DNA from: Octopus sinensis
Lineage: Eukaryota
Length of the DNA: 64,000 nt
Assembly (NCBI RefSeq): GCF_006345805.1
Contig: NC_042998.1
Coordinates: 114,204,001 to 114,268,000 of the forward strand
Direction of reading: 5' to 3'
Shown here: piece by piece, positions 40,700-54,122 of the stretch
How the letters are laid out: the number at the start of each line of letters is the position of its first letter
Numbering within the stretch: position 1 is the first letter of the stretch
Notes under the pieces: model-generated
Seen by the model: the letters and a program-made list of their open reading frames with translations, nothing else
The model's database searches: none
What the model was told of the DNA's origin: nothing
Translations under genes and position numbers: made by a program

Positions 40700-43385
40700 T
40701 ATATCGACACAAACTTTTCAACGGTGCATTCATGATTATACATCGAGTCATCAATAGCTGGCGTACAGTGTATAATACTGTCCTATCCACTGAATATGGC
40801 CAATAATATTCTAAAACGCCACTGTGTAGAAAACGAAATCAGGGCACTGATAAACGCTTGGTACACTCACCATTACGATAATGTCTACGGTAAAATCGAT
40901 GAAAAATTAGCGTCACAATCCTTTAACAGATCTGTAAAACAGATCGAAAACAAAAGAAAAAGAAATTACAAGATCGCTTCATACTTTACATACGCACATG
41001 GTAACACTAGAAGCCATACTTGTCAACGGACGTAGCGCACCACCTGACCCAATGCCATCGGGCCACTGCAACGATCCGTTAGCCAGCAACAAACAATATG
41101 TTCATTGATATCGTTATATGACCTAATTCCACCCAACACTTACCGTGGCAAGCCAGGACTCACTGTCGCAACAACAGCCTGCTACTGCTACTATATTGGA
41201 AGCACCTTGTTTGGTACCACGATCTGACCTGATTCCACCCAGCCCTACTGTTGCAAGTCAAGTTCCACTGCCGCGACAACAACAACAACAACAACAGTCT
41301 GCTACTGCTACTACAGTAGGACCACTGACCAACGAGCCTGCCAGTATAGAAAAACCTCTAAGGATGTGCTTGGACCCAGAACGCAACCACCACCATCTGA
41401 AGGGCACAAAACGATCGAAAAATACATATATAAACAGCAACAGAGAAGACATACGACAACAGCAAAAACAAAATACAACCACATTTCACCTCCTACAACC
41501 ATACTAAGTTATCTAGAAAATACGAAGGCCGACCTAAGCTAGGAGATCCAACGAGCTATCAGCAACAATTTATGCAAAACACATACCACCTACTAGAAAA
41601 TCATACACACACAGCCCCATATAAAACTACTCTCATTGCTACCTCTGAACAACATAAAACATAACTTAGAACAATGCAAACGTCATTGCCCAAAAATGGA
41701 AGATCCCATATATAGAGAGTTGATTGCTGAAACGGCACATTGCTTTCCTCTCTTTATCCTTACTGAAACTCACCTAAACAGCACACTTATGGATGCCGAG
41801 GTGAAAATAGAGGATTTTACCATCGTCCGTGCAGATCGCACAGACAGAAATAAAAGGGGGGGGGGACAGCTATCTTTCTCCATGACTTCTTTTCAGTTGA
41901 TGCCAAGGACATATTTTCCAATGGCTATTGTGAATCTATATCACTATTCAACAAGGCCAAAGACATAATCATTGTTGGTCATTTCAGGCCTCCCCAAGCA
42001 CCTCTAAAGTGCTTTGAAGAATGTCTCAACAAAATCAAGTCCTTCCTTCAAAAATACAACTCCAGAAACATACTAGTGATGGGTGATTTTAACCTCTCTC
42101 ATATAAACTGGCCCACAAATACTCTGAAGTTAGAAAATGCTCTACATCAGATAAAGCAGCAGCAGAATTACTCTTTAATCAAATGGATAAATTCTTCCTG
42201 ACTCAGCTAGTGCTCAAACCAACAAGACAGAGTAAAACGATCTTGGATCTAATATTAACCAACAACTCTAGCTCCGTTCACAGTATTTCATTTGAAAAAA
42301 CTGTCCACTCAGACCACGACATGATAATCTGCAATTTTAATTCCCGGCATATCAAAACAAAACCAGCCAATCCCACTCCACGGCAATTATTTTCACAAAG
42401 CGGGCGGGGAGCAATCAGAAAGGATCTGTTCTTGATCGACTGGTCCTTCACTCTCAATTGCACTCACATTGATACCGCATGGCAGCAGTTTGAGAACATT
42501 GTCGCCTATACATGCTCAGAACACGCTCCTACGAAATCCACTGACACAAACAGAAACCGGCTCCCTAGAAAAAAACACTCATCAGGCGCATCAAAAAACT
42601 CAATAAAAAGTTAACCAATTAAAATACTCCCACATAAAACATCTACATTCAACAACAAAGAAAACGCTGGAGTGGGAAACACTTCAGCTGCAAACCGACG
42701 TGAAAACCTCCATTGAAAATCAAAGAGCTACAGAGGAATAGTGGGTAATCAAAAGCATCAAACAGATACCAAAAGTGTTGTATTCTTATACAAATAAGCA
42801 TAGAACCGCTGTCTCACCCATTGGGCTATTGATCGATGATAACGGCATTCCCCAACACGATGCTAAAGAAATGACAGCAGAAACAATACTGCTCTGTCTT
42901 TAGTGATCCGCTGATATTGACGTAAGGGAAGCGAACTAAGTTGATTCCCAACATAAAATATCGGACATAATCTTCACTGCCTCAAACATCATAGCAGCAA
43001 CAAATAAGGTCAAATACTATTCTGCTGTAGGCCCTGATAGATTCCCCGCTAGTCTCCTGAAGAAATGTAGACACCAACTTGCAGTCCCTCTGACCAACCT
43101 CTGGAGAAATTCTTTAGACTTAGGTTATATACCGAAACAGCTCCTAACCGAGTCTGTCACCCCGGTTTCCAAACAGTGAAACAGATCCTTCGCAGTCAAC
43201 TATCGCCCAATCTCACTCACCTCCCACATCATTAAAGTGTTTGAAACAGTGGTAAGATCAAGGATAGCTGGCTTCTTGGAGACCCACAAGCTCCTAAATG
43301 CAAATCAGCATGGCTTTCGCTGTGGCAGGGAGTGTCAAACACAGCTCTTACACCACATTGAGGATATACTTAAAGCCTCGGGAAC
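40700..43385 (+). mobile_element. CR1-type LINE 5' part: possible ORF1 remnant, APE endonuclease and RT N-terminus (degraded)
   Basis: ILTETHL..FTIVRADR..KRGGG, LVMGDFNL, LTQLVLKPTR..ILDLILTN..SDHDMI (APE); AVGPD, NYRPISLTSHIIKVFE, NQHGFR (RT). The ORF1 assignment for 40700-41640 is uncertain. Confidence 0.85.
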
Positions 43386-44851
43386 AAGATATAGTGTATC
43401 TGTCAGCAAAAGGAGTCTGGGTAGGGGAAGACTCTAAATCATGATGTTAATTACCAGTTAAAGGGGCAAGACGCAAATAAAACCTAGGATGTTAAAACAG
43501 GTGTAATTTTATCTTGGGGTACTATGGGTGATTGTTTATAAACAATATTATGTCGTATAAAAATTAAATTTATAATTTTCAAAAATGATATCATAATCAA
43601 AATAGGTGTATGTATATGTCAATTATAAACATTAAAAAGGAAAGATTACATAGAATCAGTTTAATATTCATTCATGTACTTAATTAATTGCTTATTAGGT
43701 GGCTGCTATAAAGACTGCTCGGGGCATTTACATATTGAATAATGAAAAGATAAACATGCTAGCTATATATTAATTCTAAGCCAAGAATCAGAAAAAATAA
43801 AAATGTGTACAGATACACACACTTATTTATATATGTGCATACATGCACATATGCACAAATATTTCTACGTTTATATGGATATAGTATAACCATCTCGTAT
43901 AGACATAAGTAACTGAAAATGATCTATTTACGAAAAATAACAATTTATAAGGGATAAAAGGTTAATAGTTTATTTTTGGTAATTACACTATTTGTTTCTT
44001 TCAGTGATGTTCTACCCAACTCATCATATTATGTATATTTGCAATGATTTTATGTAAGTCTCCTAATAATATATCACCTAGAAACTACAAGATTATATAT
44101 ATAATAACACCTATAACATTACAACTTATAAAATCTCTTCGGTCTGAATACCTCTAACTGCCCTCACTACGCCCATACCTACTACCTTCTCTTTTCGGGT
44201 TACTTTTATCTTTTTTCTACTCAAATTTTAATACCCTGTCTCTTTAAGTGTAGGTTATATGTATTTCTCTTTATTTTCTATAAATTCTTATTATTTTGTT
44301 TTCTTATTTTGATATCCTTACATACTTACCTCTTATCCCTTATAAGTTGTTACTGTTCTTAAATAGACATTTTTCATCTACTTAAGTCTATGCAAAATGG
44401 TTATACTAAATCCATATAAACGTATAAATATTTGCATGTGTGTATATATGCATATATGTGCATAAACTATAAACCTCTTACCCTTTATAAATTGTTATTT
44501 TTCTTGCTTTTTTTTATTATATATATATGTATATACATATACATACATATATATATGTGTCATATATGTATGCATGTATATATATGCATGTATGTGTAGA
44601 CATATATGCATATATATATATATTTAAACACATAAGAGATGACCATAATAGGACATCTGACTCACTAGAAAGAGCAGTTAAACTCGAAACCACTAATAGT
44701 TGTAATTCTGAAAGGGAAAGAGAAATAAAAACGTTTCCCTATCTTTCCTGGACCATGCATAGTTTCGGCAATCTTTTGTAAATAAAATAAAATTATTTCA
44801 CTTTACAATTGGCGTTGCCATCTTTTTTTTTTTTTGCTACCCTAAGATTTA

Positions 44852-44894
<43 letters not shown>

Positions 44895-45098
44895 AGCAAT
44901 AATAAACCTCTGAACGAGGTATAAACAGTAACTGCTCGATAATGCGAGGTATACTTGCCATCTCAATATGGGTAACCACTAAGGGTGGGTGTTACTGTAG
45001 CTTGTAGCCCCAGGAGAACATCGTCTCCAGATGGCTTTGGGCACACTTATGGTATTTGCAAAGGGAGGTCACCCTTCCCTCGTCAACCTAAGTGTTAC

Positions 45099-45141
45099 GC
45101 ACGGACTGCAGTTTCTAGGTTTTGACCTGTCATCAGCGTAC
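45099..45141 (-). ncRNA. Minimal type I hammerhead ribozyme motif
   Basis: Minus strand: GTACG-CTGATGA-CAGG TCAAAA CCTA-GAAAC-TGCA-GTC-CGTGC. 5-bp stem I; C.A mismatch at the base of stem II. Confidence 0.78.
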
Positions 45142-45484
45142 TACAATCACCGGTTTTCGATGAAGGGAGGTCCCAATGCAAATTCTTATATCGTTTTTCC
45201 AGTAACTTTTCGTCACTAATTTCGAAAAACTGCCTGCAAGCCTAAAGCCATCTGGAGACGATGTTCCCTTGGGGCTACAAGCTACAGTAACACCCACCCT
45301 TACTGGTTAGCCATATTGAGATGGCAAGTATACCTCGCATTGTCGTGCAGTTACTATTTATACCTCGTTCAGAGGTTCATTATTGCTTGCAGATAGTTTT
45401 TTGAAATCAGTGACGAAAAGTTACTGGAAAAACGATATAAGAATTTGCATTGGGACCTCCCTTCATCGAAAACCGGTGATTGTC

Positions 45485-45527
45485 GTATGCTGATGACAGG
45501 TCAAAACCTAGAAACTGCAGTCCGTGT
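45485..45527 (+). ncRNA. Minimal type I hammerhead ribozyme motif (inverted copy)
   Basis: GTATG-CTGATGA-CAGGTCAAAACCTA-GAAAC-TGCA-GTC-CGTGT; stem I weakened to G.U pairs by transitions. Confidence 0.72.
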
Positions 45528-46219
45528 GTATCACTTAGGTTGACGAGGGAAGGGTGACCTCCCTTTGCAAATACCATAAGGGCACAGAAAGCCAGCTGGA
45601 GACGATGTTCTACGCGCTTCCACAGAAAGGAACACAGAAAGAAACAAGGAGAGAAAATAAAAAATGTGTAGTGGCTAGCGATCTATCATGGCGAATGCCG
45701 GACAAAAAGGTCACACAGGAGGACTAGGGAGAAGGGGAGATAATATCTTTATATCAACTGAAGTGTACAGTATTATATATCCATTCTAGCCGGTCATGCT
45801 AATCGGCTTCACGCTAGGGATTCAACGGAGTACGTTAACAGTCCGATTACGTACCTCAGCAGAGGTAACCGTTATGGAATAAAATATGGCGAATGCTCTC
45901 TATTGCTGGAGATAAACATGTATGTATGTATATATGTGTATTTACATAGATATGCATGTTTTCTTCTGTTCTGACTTATTTGAAGAATTACTGTAAAGAA
46001 TAAGTTTGTTTCTACCAAAGAGTCAAAATGTAGATGGCAAAGAGAATGTCAGAGCTTGAACCTGAGAATGCCTTGTACATTTTTACTGTTCCACTTATAC
46101 ATTGTGTTTCATAATGTGCGTGTCGGCTGGTTGATCTCTTTTGAGAAAACTCTTGTATAGCCTGGCTGTCACGAAGGTATTTACTTACAAACCTACATGT
46201 GCGTGCGTCAACACACTCA

Positions 46220-46300
<81 letters not shown>

Positions 46301-46384
46301 TGTATATCTTACGATCCCGTTACCTCGGTGACTAGCCATTTCTCTCTTCGTAATTCTATTATCTTCATTGCCTTTCTGTATCTC

Positions 46385-47295
46385 TTAGGAGGGAAAATTT
46401 GAGCTGATGCATTTTGGAATAAATTCCTCACTAAAACATCATACTCTCTTCCTTCAGGGGAACCGCTCACAGCCTCTAACAATATCAGAGACCTGGGTGT
46501 AATTGTTGATGACGATCTCAGTTGGAGTGCACACATCAACAAGAAGGTCGATATAGCTCGTAGGATGAGTTCCTGGATCTTAAGAACTTTCGGTCCAGAG
46601 AACAAGGTGTCATCATACCACTTTTCTCTCCTTTGTACGGCCACACCTCGAATACTGCTGCCACTGTGTGGTCTCCCCATACAAGACAAAACATCTCGAG
46701 GATTGAATCACCCCAAGGGGCACTCACTAAACGAATTGAAGGCATGGCTGCTCTCGATTATTGGGATCGCCTTAAAGCCCTGCAACTCTACTCTCTCCAG
46801 CGTCGCCGTGAGTGGTACATCATTTGTACGATGTGGAGAATATACCTATTTCTTTATTACCCACAAGGGGCTAAACATAGAGGGGACAAACAAGGACAGA
46901 CATAGGTCGCCAACTTTGCCCAAACGACCTGAACATTAGCTTCAAGGTTCATCCAAGACTGGGACCACAGGCCATACGTCCCCTGCCCAATTCAAGATCA
47001 CTGCATACATGTACACTACAACATAATTTCTTTTCTTCAACAGGCTCTGCCCTATTTAACATTGTCCCGAGGGAGATCAAAGAGGAAAAGGATCCCATCA
47101 ACTTTAAACGGAGTCTGGATAGATTCCTTCAAAGAATACCAGATAAGCCACCCATAATTGGATACAACTCACCCAACAAGAACTCACTACTTGAACAAAA
47201 CTTGAGTTAAACAGGATTCGAATAATCCTATCAGGTGGTGCTATTAAGTTAGACATGGCCTGGACCAATCTTTGGTTGAAACATATCTAAGTTAT
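46385..47295 (+). mobile_element. CR1-type LINE 3' part, with a ~58-bp SINE B tail inserted at ~46848-46905
   Basis: GKFELMHFG..NNIRDLGVIVDDDLSWSAHI..; closely co-linear with 30214-30985 including the 3' UTR. The insert is the reverse complement of the family B 3' end. Confidence 0.9.
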
Positions 47296-47300
47296 CTAAG

Positions 47301-47413
<113 letters not shown>

Positions 47414-48239
47414 CGCGCGTGTATGTGTGTGTGAGAGTTTTCTTTCTATATTAGTACAAATATACATTTATTGCTTTCATTATGACAGTCATCTCACTGC
47501 TAACATGACACAGTCAACAACTTACTATCTATTTGACCTCTAAACCGTGCTATCTGCAGACTACCCCATAATCCTGATCTATTCATGCTTATAGTATTAT
47601 TTCGAACTTCATACTGCTATGCTATTTATTCGTTGTATTCCAGAAATTGTGAAACACCCACACACATTTAAACGCCCACACACATATACAGACATGGAAG
47701 TTAATTAACTCACATATATTGCTCTTGATTTATTCAGATTTTTAAAAAAATCTTATAACTGAATAGATATGTGTATGTATATGTGTATACACGCATACAC
47801 ACACAAATACACATATCGAAAGATAGACAGATCTGTATTTATATATATCTTATATGCATACATCTTGTTTTAGTGTAGTGTCAAATCAGAATACTCCGCA
47901 AATGACATGAAAATGCACAGGAAAATGACAGTCACTCGCTGTCGTCTTCGTTAACCTCCTGGAGTAGAAACGGCTTCAAAATCCTCGTTGAAATCTGAAT
48001 GTGTTCCAAGGTTACTCATGATTATTTAGTCATTTTATGTAGACTTCATGGCTTTTCTCCGGGATTCTTCAGTATTTGTAGTGATGTAAAAAAAAAGTGC
48101 GGGTTGTCTACCCCGCCGCGTGTTGGGCATCTTCCCGAAGCTTGCCTTTTGAACATCGACTGGTGTTGTTTAGTTTCGCACTAGATCAGATGGGAAACTG
48201 ATCAGACAAGATCAGACAGGGAATTGCTCAGTCTGTCTC

Positions 48240-50110
48240 GACTATAACTGAAAGCCAATCTATGCGAAGTTCTCATATCATCACTGTCTCATTGCATCGA
48301 TCAGAGAATTAGATGCCGTCATACGTCACTAGTCCCAACGCCCATTCAGTTATTCCTTGATTGCACCATCCTTTTCCATCTTGCCCTAAATCGATTAAAT
48401 AAGTCGTCTTTCTATTGTGGACTTCCAAATGGCCTTTTCTGGTCTCGTGGATACCACTCGGCACCTGTTGCCTGTGAACCTAGTGTCATATGCGGCCCAG
48501 CGAAACTTGAGCTTTCGGTATTTTTCAATCATATTTTTCCCTCTGCTCCGTTCTCAAATTATCTCAAATTATTTTGAATACGCTCTCCTAATGTTATTCC
48601 GAGTACGAAGCTTTCCGTGGCTCTTTGCGTCCTAGCAAATCAATGTTTTTTTTCCCTCTTCGTAGTTGCCCGCATCTTACTTGCAGTGCTATTGTAGAGT
48701 CCGGTATGTATGATCTTGTCTATCTTTGCGTTGATCATATCCTTTATTGGGACAAAAGCCTTCCATTCCGTCCTTATTTGCTTCGAAATCTCATCATCCG
48801 TATCTCAGCGCATATTGTGTGTCCCAAGTAGACGTACTATTTTACCGCCTAAATTTATCTATTCCCACCTCTATTCAGCCTTGTGCTACGTTTCGGACTG
48901 CTTTTATTTCGTTTTCATGCAATTCCTTTTAAGGCTTACGGCTGAGCTATGGCTGTCCAGCTCTGTCAGCGGCGGATCTATGGTTTCGTCAGTAAGTACA
49001 ATAACATATGTAAATCAGGGGTGTTTAGTAGCTTGCCGGTGATGTTCACGTCACCTATCCAGTTAATATCTTCGTTGACTATTTCAAGACCTGAGGTGAA
49101 GTGATTTGGATAGATTATATCTCCTTGTTTCACGCCCATCTCATTTGGTGGCAATAACAGAGCTATATCTATTGTGAATCCGTGTTGTTCATCCATGTGA
49201 GTAGTTTGCGCCTCGACACCTTGCATTTCGAAAGAGTTCAGCTCTGCTTTCAACACGACGCTATCGAAAGCCTTTTCCTATTCAACGAAAGAGATGCACA
49301 AAAGCAACTTGTAATAATTCACTCGTTCTATAAGCTATGTTATAGTAAATATGCGAGCCATCGTTTTGTAGTTCTTGCGGAAACTGCTTACTCCCTCGGC
49401 TACTGGTTATCGAGCTGTGCCCATGGTCTAGTAAACATGACCTCTTTAAACAGCTTACAGATGTAAGGCAAGAGGTATGTGGAACGAAAAGTTTGTTTTT
49501 AATCATCTTTATCACACTTTTAAGCATGACCATATTCTACTCTTCTCATTGTGAGGGTATTTTACCCTCCTTCAGTTGGCTATTGAAACGTAGAACGATC
49601 ATTTTCCACAGCCCTTCACCTTTGCACCTTAACATCTCTGTTATGCATTTCTATCTGGAGCTTTGTTTGCTTCCATAAATTTGACAGCTTTTTCAATTTC
49701 ACTGACCAGAATAGGCGGCACTTCTTCCAACGTACATACAAAATATATAGATACAAAGTACATACGTACATACGTACATACATACATACATAAATACATA
49801 CATACATACATACGTACATACATACATACATACATAAATACATACATACATACATACATACATACATACATACATACATACATACATACATACATACATA
49901 CATACATACATACATACATACATACATGCATACATACATACATATATACATACATACACTGGGATCACACTGCCTAAATACCAATCTTGATAAAGTAGGC
50001 TTCTCAAAATCAGAAAGAGGAAAGCTGATTCGAAGACTACAAATCCAGTCATCACTGGAATTGCAAAAATTTGTAAAACTTTTCAGAGGTTTATCATTTA
50101 AGTATATATG
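48240..50110 (-). mobile_element. RTE-1-type LINE, heavily degraded, split by a (TACA)n tract at 49735-49955
   Basis: VPPILVSEIEKAVKFMEANKAPD, AFDS, GVKQGDIIYPNHFTSGLE..DVNITGKLLN, YVYLGH, and a KFRWAAY-like C-terminus. Confidence 0.8.
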
Positions 50111-50489
50111 ACCAATGTATGCAACTATATGCATGAGAAAACATACGTAAAGTAAAACATAAAAACCTGCACGTATACATACATGAATCTAAAAATATCC
50201 TGTTGATGTTGAAATTTCAATGAAGGAGCCTTGGATCTTAGTTAGAAACCGGGTCTTTCTCTATTGGCAAGAAATTTTGAAAACAAAAACTGATGACATG
50301 CATACATATACACTTACATATATACACACATACATACATCATCCATCAATCTATCCATCCATATATACATATGTATATACATACATTCGGACGTACAAAT
50401 ATATATATAATTTCTTAAAATTAACCATCATTCATCCTAGTCAGGTGTCGCACTATGTGATGCTGTGGTTATCACGATGTCTTACCATC

Positions 50490-50780
50490 TTCTCCTGCCC
50501 TCTACCCCATGGATAGCTGAGAATAAAGACAATCTTGTGGCTGCGATGTCTTTTAGTCAAGAAGTGGGTGGTCTGCCTCTTTAACGCCTGCCGTTCACCT
50601 TGCCAGTTATGATCGTTCGCTCAAATCCATCCCGGCGCATGACGTGGCCAAAGAGCCGTAGCTTCCGCTTCATGATGTTTCGCCGAAGCGTCATCTCGTA
50701 ACCGAGCTTTTATAATACCCAGTCGTTCGTCCTTCTCTCTTCCACGACACTCTAAGGATTCTGCGGTAACACCACATTTA
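50490..50780 (-). mobile_element. RTE/BovB-like LINE 3' fragment
   Basis: Manual translation MWCYRRILRVSWKRRRTNDWVL..RKLRLFGHVMRRDGFERTIITGKVNGRR.RGRPPT. Confidence 0.8.
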
Positions 50781-50915
50781 AAAAAAACTCACTCTTACAA
50801 GTGTGATAAAGAGGATTAAAAACAAATATAGGGTAGGAAAAATTATAGAAATTGTTTTCTTCCAGTGGCCTAGTATGTATTACAAAGTCAATAGACATAT
50901 TTTTCATATAAAAAA

Positions 50916-51146
50916 ATTTAGTGTACATTTAAGTACAAAGAAGCAAGCATTAACAGGTTGCCTACCATACTAGAAAGAACAGTCAAAAAGTCCAAACCAC
51001 AGTTAAGAGCAATTTCGAAGGGAATGAAAAATAAAAACATTTACCATGTTTTACAACCGGACCTCAGGTTTCGAATTTTAATTAGTAAATAAAATAATTT
51101 GCAGCTGATACGGCTTGCCAATTTTGTATTTAAATGTACACTAAAT
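50916..51146. mobile_element. Short TIR element (~230 bp)
   Basis: 24-bp IR ATTTAGTGTACATTTAAGTACAAA / TTTGTATTTAAATGTACACTAAAT (one mismatch). Confidence 0.6.
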
Positions 51147-51246
51147 ACACACACACAGACATATATATTTATATTTATATATGCACACACATATATATAT
51201 ATATGTATGCATGTGTGCGTGTATATATATATATATATATAAAGGG

Positions 51247-51467
51247 TAAAGACCCCCTTCGGTCATGAATGACCATGGGATTGCACCTAGAAAGTTACCC
51301 TCCTAGACACAAGTCTGGGCATGGTTATTTATGGAAGACCAGCAGTCGCCCATGCATACCAGCCTCCCCTCTCCATGCCACCAGTGCTATCCAAGGGAAA
51401 GACAAAGGTCGATGCAGCTTGGCACCAGTGACGACGCAGCTCATTTCTACAGCTGAGTGAACTGAGT
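51247..51467 (-). mobile_element. SINE family D, 5'-truncated
   Basis: Reverse complement of 35730-35950. Confidence 0.85.
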
Positions 51468-51477
51468 GAATATATAT

Positions 51478-51529
<52 letters not shown>

Positions 51530-51801
51530 TGTGTATGTATATTTATGATTACAGAGATAGAGGAAGGCATATTGTATAAGAGACTGGTTTGAATCCCTTT
51601 TGTTGAGGTTTGAGTCCTTTTGGTTATAGATCGGCTTCTTGACAGTTGACTAGGGGTTAAAAAAATAACAATAACACCAAACTACTCTGCCTATCTAATT
51701 ATATGATATAGGCTGTCATTCCGTTTCTATCAGTTTAAGTAGTTGTAGTAATTGTAGTAGCAATGGCACCAGCAGTAGAGGTAGTAGTCGTCGTCGTCGT
51801 T

Positions 51802-51844
<43 letters not shown>

Positions 51845-51924
51845 CAGCAGCAGCAGCAATAGTAGTATTAGTCGCTGCTCTTTTTCTTCATTTTTATGCT
51901 GTTTGTTATTGCTGTTGCTGTTGC

Positions 51925-52294
51925 TGTTGGGCGAACGTTCTTCGTCCCAGAGCTTGCAATATGAGAGAAGTCCGAAACGTGGTCCTTTGCTATTCGTAAG
52001 ACTCGCAGAAGAGAAAGCAGGTCAACTCCCACACCGAGAGCAGCGACGGATGGATGAATGTGCATCCAGGCTCAGCGGTTGCGTAGGAAGTCGGGGACAA
52101 GAAACAGGAAGAAAGAGTGAGAGAAAGTTGGGGCTAAAGAGTACAACAGGGGACGCCACCCCCACTCCTGCCGGGGCCTCGTGGAGCTTTAGGTGTTTTC
52201 GCTCAATAAACACACACAACGCCCGGTCTGGGAATCGAAACCGCGATCCTCCGACCGACAGTCCGCTGCCTTAAACATTGGGCCATTGCGCCTC
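51925..52294 (-). mobile_element. SINE family C variant with a different (LINE-like) 3' tail ending in (CAA/CAG)n
   Basis: Head and body match 15793-15970; the tail CATCCATCCGTCGCTGCTCTCGG..GGGACGAAGAACGTTCGCCCAACAGC does not match the 15.8-kb copy. Confidence 0.82.
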
Positions 52295-53044
52295 CACTGC
52301 TATTGCTGTTTAGGTGCAATGCAGCCTTGTATGATCAAAAGCTTCCTTGTCAACAGCTGGGCTTGAACACCGAAGAACTGCATTAGCAAACACCGTGTAC
52401 TACACAGAGATAATACCACCGGGCAGTTCGAGGAGTGGGCAAGATAATTCGCCATTAAGGACCGATCACATACCAACGATTTGAATAATTATTAAAATAA
52501 GAGGTTAGCAAGATGTGCAGATAATGCAATCAGCACACACACAAAAAAAAGCACTTCATTTTCGACTGTCCAGTTCTTACTAATTCTTTATATATCTACA
52601 GAGATGGTACGGTCGGCAGCTCTGTCCATTAGGCAACATGTGGACACAGTGCATGGATATTTAAGCCTGTTGGGAACTCCACGTTTGATATAGAAGAGGG
52701 TAATAAATAAACATGATAATCATTCCAGGTCTTACATATTTACGTACTGTTCAAAAGCGATGCTGACACAACTCATAACCATTATTTTAGCCAAGAATCG
52801 GGATCAGTTGAACCAGTTCCAAACAGTGAATTCACTAATGTGGATTCATTAGGAAGTTTCCTACAAAATCTGATTTTCAGAGGTAATCTCCGGCTACAAA
52901 TCAAATCCATGTATTGAATTCATGCAGTAGAGCAACTCAACTTAACTCACAAAAATACTGGAAACTGACCTAGGGCTAAATAAGAACTATTGCTATTACT
53001 ATTATTGCAACAACATCAACATCATCGACAAGTAATAATTCATT

Positions 53045-53374
53045 CGTAAAATATAATTGCCAAGTAAATGTGGCGGTCCCATGGAGAACGATACTACTGC
53101 TGTTTTTAGCCCTTGAAGGACATCTCCTCCAGCTGGTTAACGACACACTCTCTGTGTCCGATTAGCATTTGCGAGGGGAAATCATCGTTCCCATCTCTCG
53201 CCTTGCGTGATACACACAGAACCCGATGATTTCCTCTCGCAAATATTCAAATACTAATCGGACTAAGACAGTGTGTCGTTAGCCAGCTGGAGGAGATGTC
53301 CTCCTAGGGCTAAAAACAATAGTAGTATCGTCCTCTATGGGAACGTCACATTTAGTTAGCAATTATATTTTACG
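53045..53374. mobile_element. Whole-length palindromic element (~330 bp), possible ATT target duplication
   Basis: Arms ~145 bp (CGTAAAATATAATTGC...AAATCATCG / CGATGATTT...GCAATTATATTTTACG) around a ~28-nt loop; ATT immediately on both sides. Confidence 0.85.
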
Positions 53375-53984
53375 ATTCGCTCAGAGATTTAATATTGCTT
53401 GTTTCTCCTTTTTTTAATAATTCATTATTGTATTATTGAATGATATAATATCAACTTTTAGAAATTATATTTCTCTATGTAAAATATAATATATCTTGAA
53501 AATAACTTTAACAATTTAACATTAAAAATATTCAATCGTAAAAGTGAATATGAACTTTAGCATATTTAAGTGTTGGATTTAAGCACAATCATGAAGTATT
53601 ACTTTTTAGAGGTTTGCCCTCTATGAGACGGGTTCTGGCTTCTTTACGATTATTTGCTGTATTCTTTCTAGTGTTTTTAGGATATTTAGTGTTTCATTTT
53701 CATTTGATCAGAGGTGGGTGAATGAGACCCGTTGTTTATATAAACCTTATTAGATTGGGACTGGGTACAGTATTTTACGTTGATGACAAATTTTTAGAAG
53801 TTGTTTATCTGTTGTAAAAATATATTCAAGGAGAGAATTCTTGAAGAACTATGCTTGGAGAAGGATATGGCAAAATGCTTAAATAACAGGAAACAACGTA
53901 TTTCTATTCAACAAAATACTGTGGAGTACCTTGTTGGATGGACATAGTACAAATTTCGTTAGTTGAGAAGAGCAAAAGTCATAG

Positions 53985-54077
53985 TAGTAGCAGCAGCAGC
54001 AGCAGTAGCAGTAGTAGTAGTAGTAATAGTAGTAGTTGTAGCAGCAGCAGCAGTAGTAGTAGTATTAGTAGTAGTAT

Positions 54078-54122
<45 letters not shown>

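Larger units (their letters stand above)
44895..45611. mobile_element. Interlocked fold-back element A-B-A'-B' with hammerheads in B and B'
   Basis: A 44895-45041 pairs with A' 45241-45387; B 45042-45240 pairs with B' 45386-45611. Left flank is (TA)n. Confidence 0.9.

Noticed and set aside
44660-44700. GAAAGAGCAGTTAAACTCGAAACCACT hammerhead-like word
   Set aside because: No CUGA half-core and no cleavage triplet or stem I.
45530-45585. TTGACGA-stem-GCAAAT-ACC-ATA as a second tandem hammerhead
   Set aside because: It folds better as a simple hairpin with an internal loop; the core is non-canonical and stem I does not flank the putative cleavage site.
52599-52698. Possible plus-strand exon with a branch point and CAG acceptor
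   Set aside because: All three frames contain stops; cannot be supported without transcripts.
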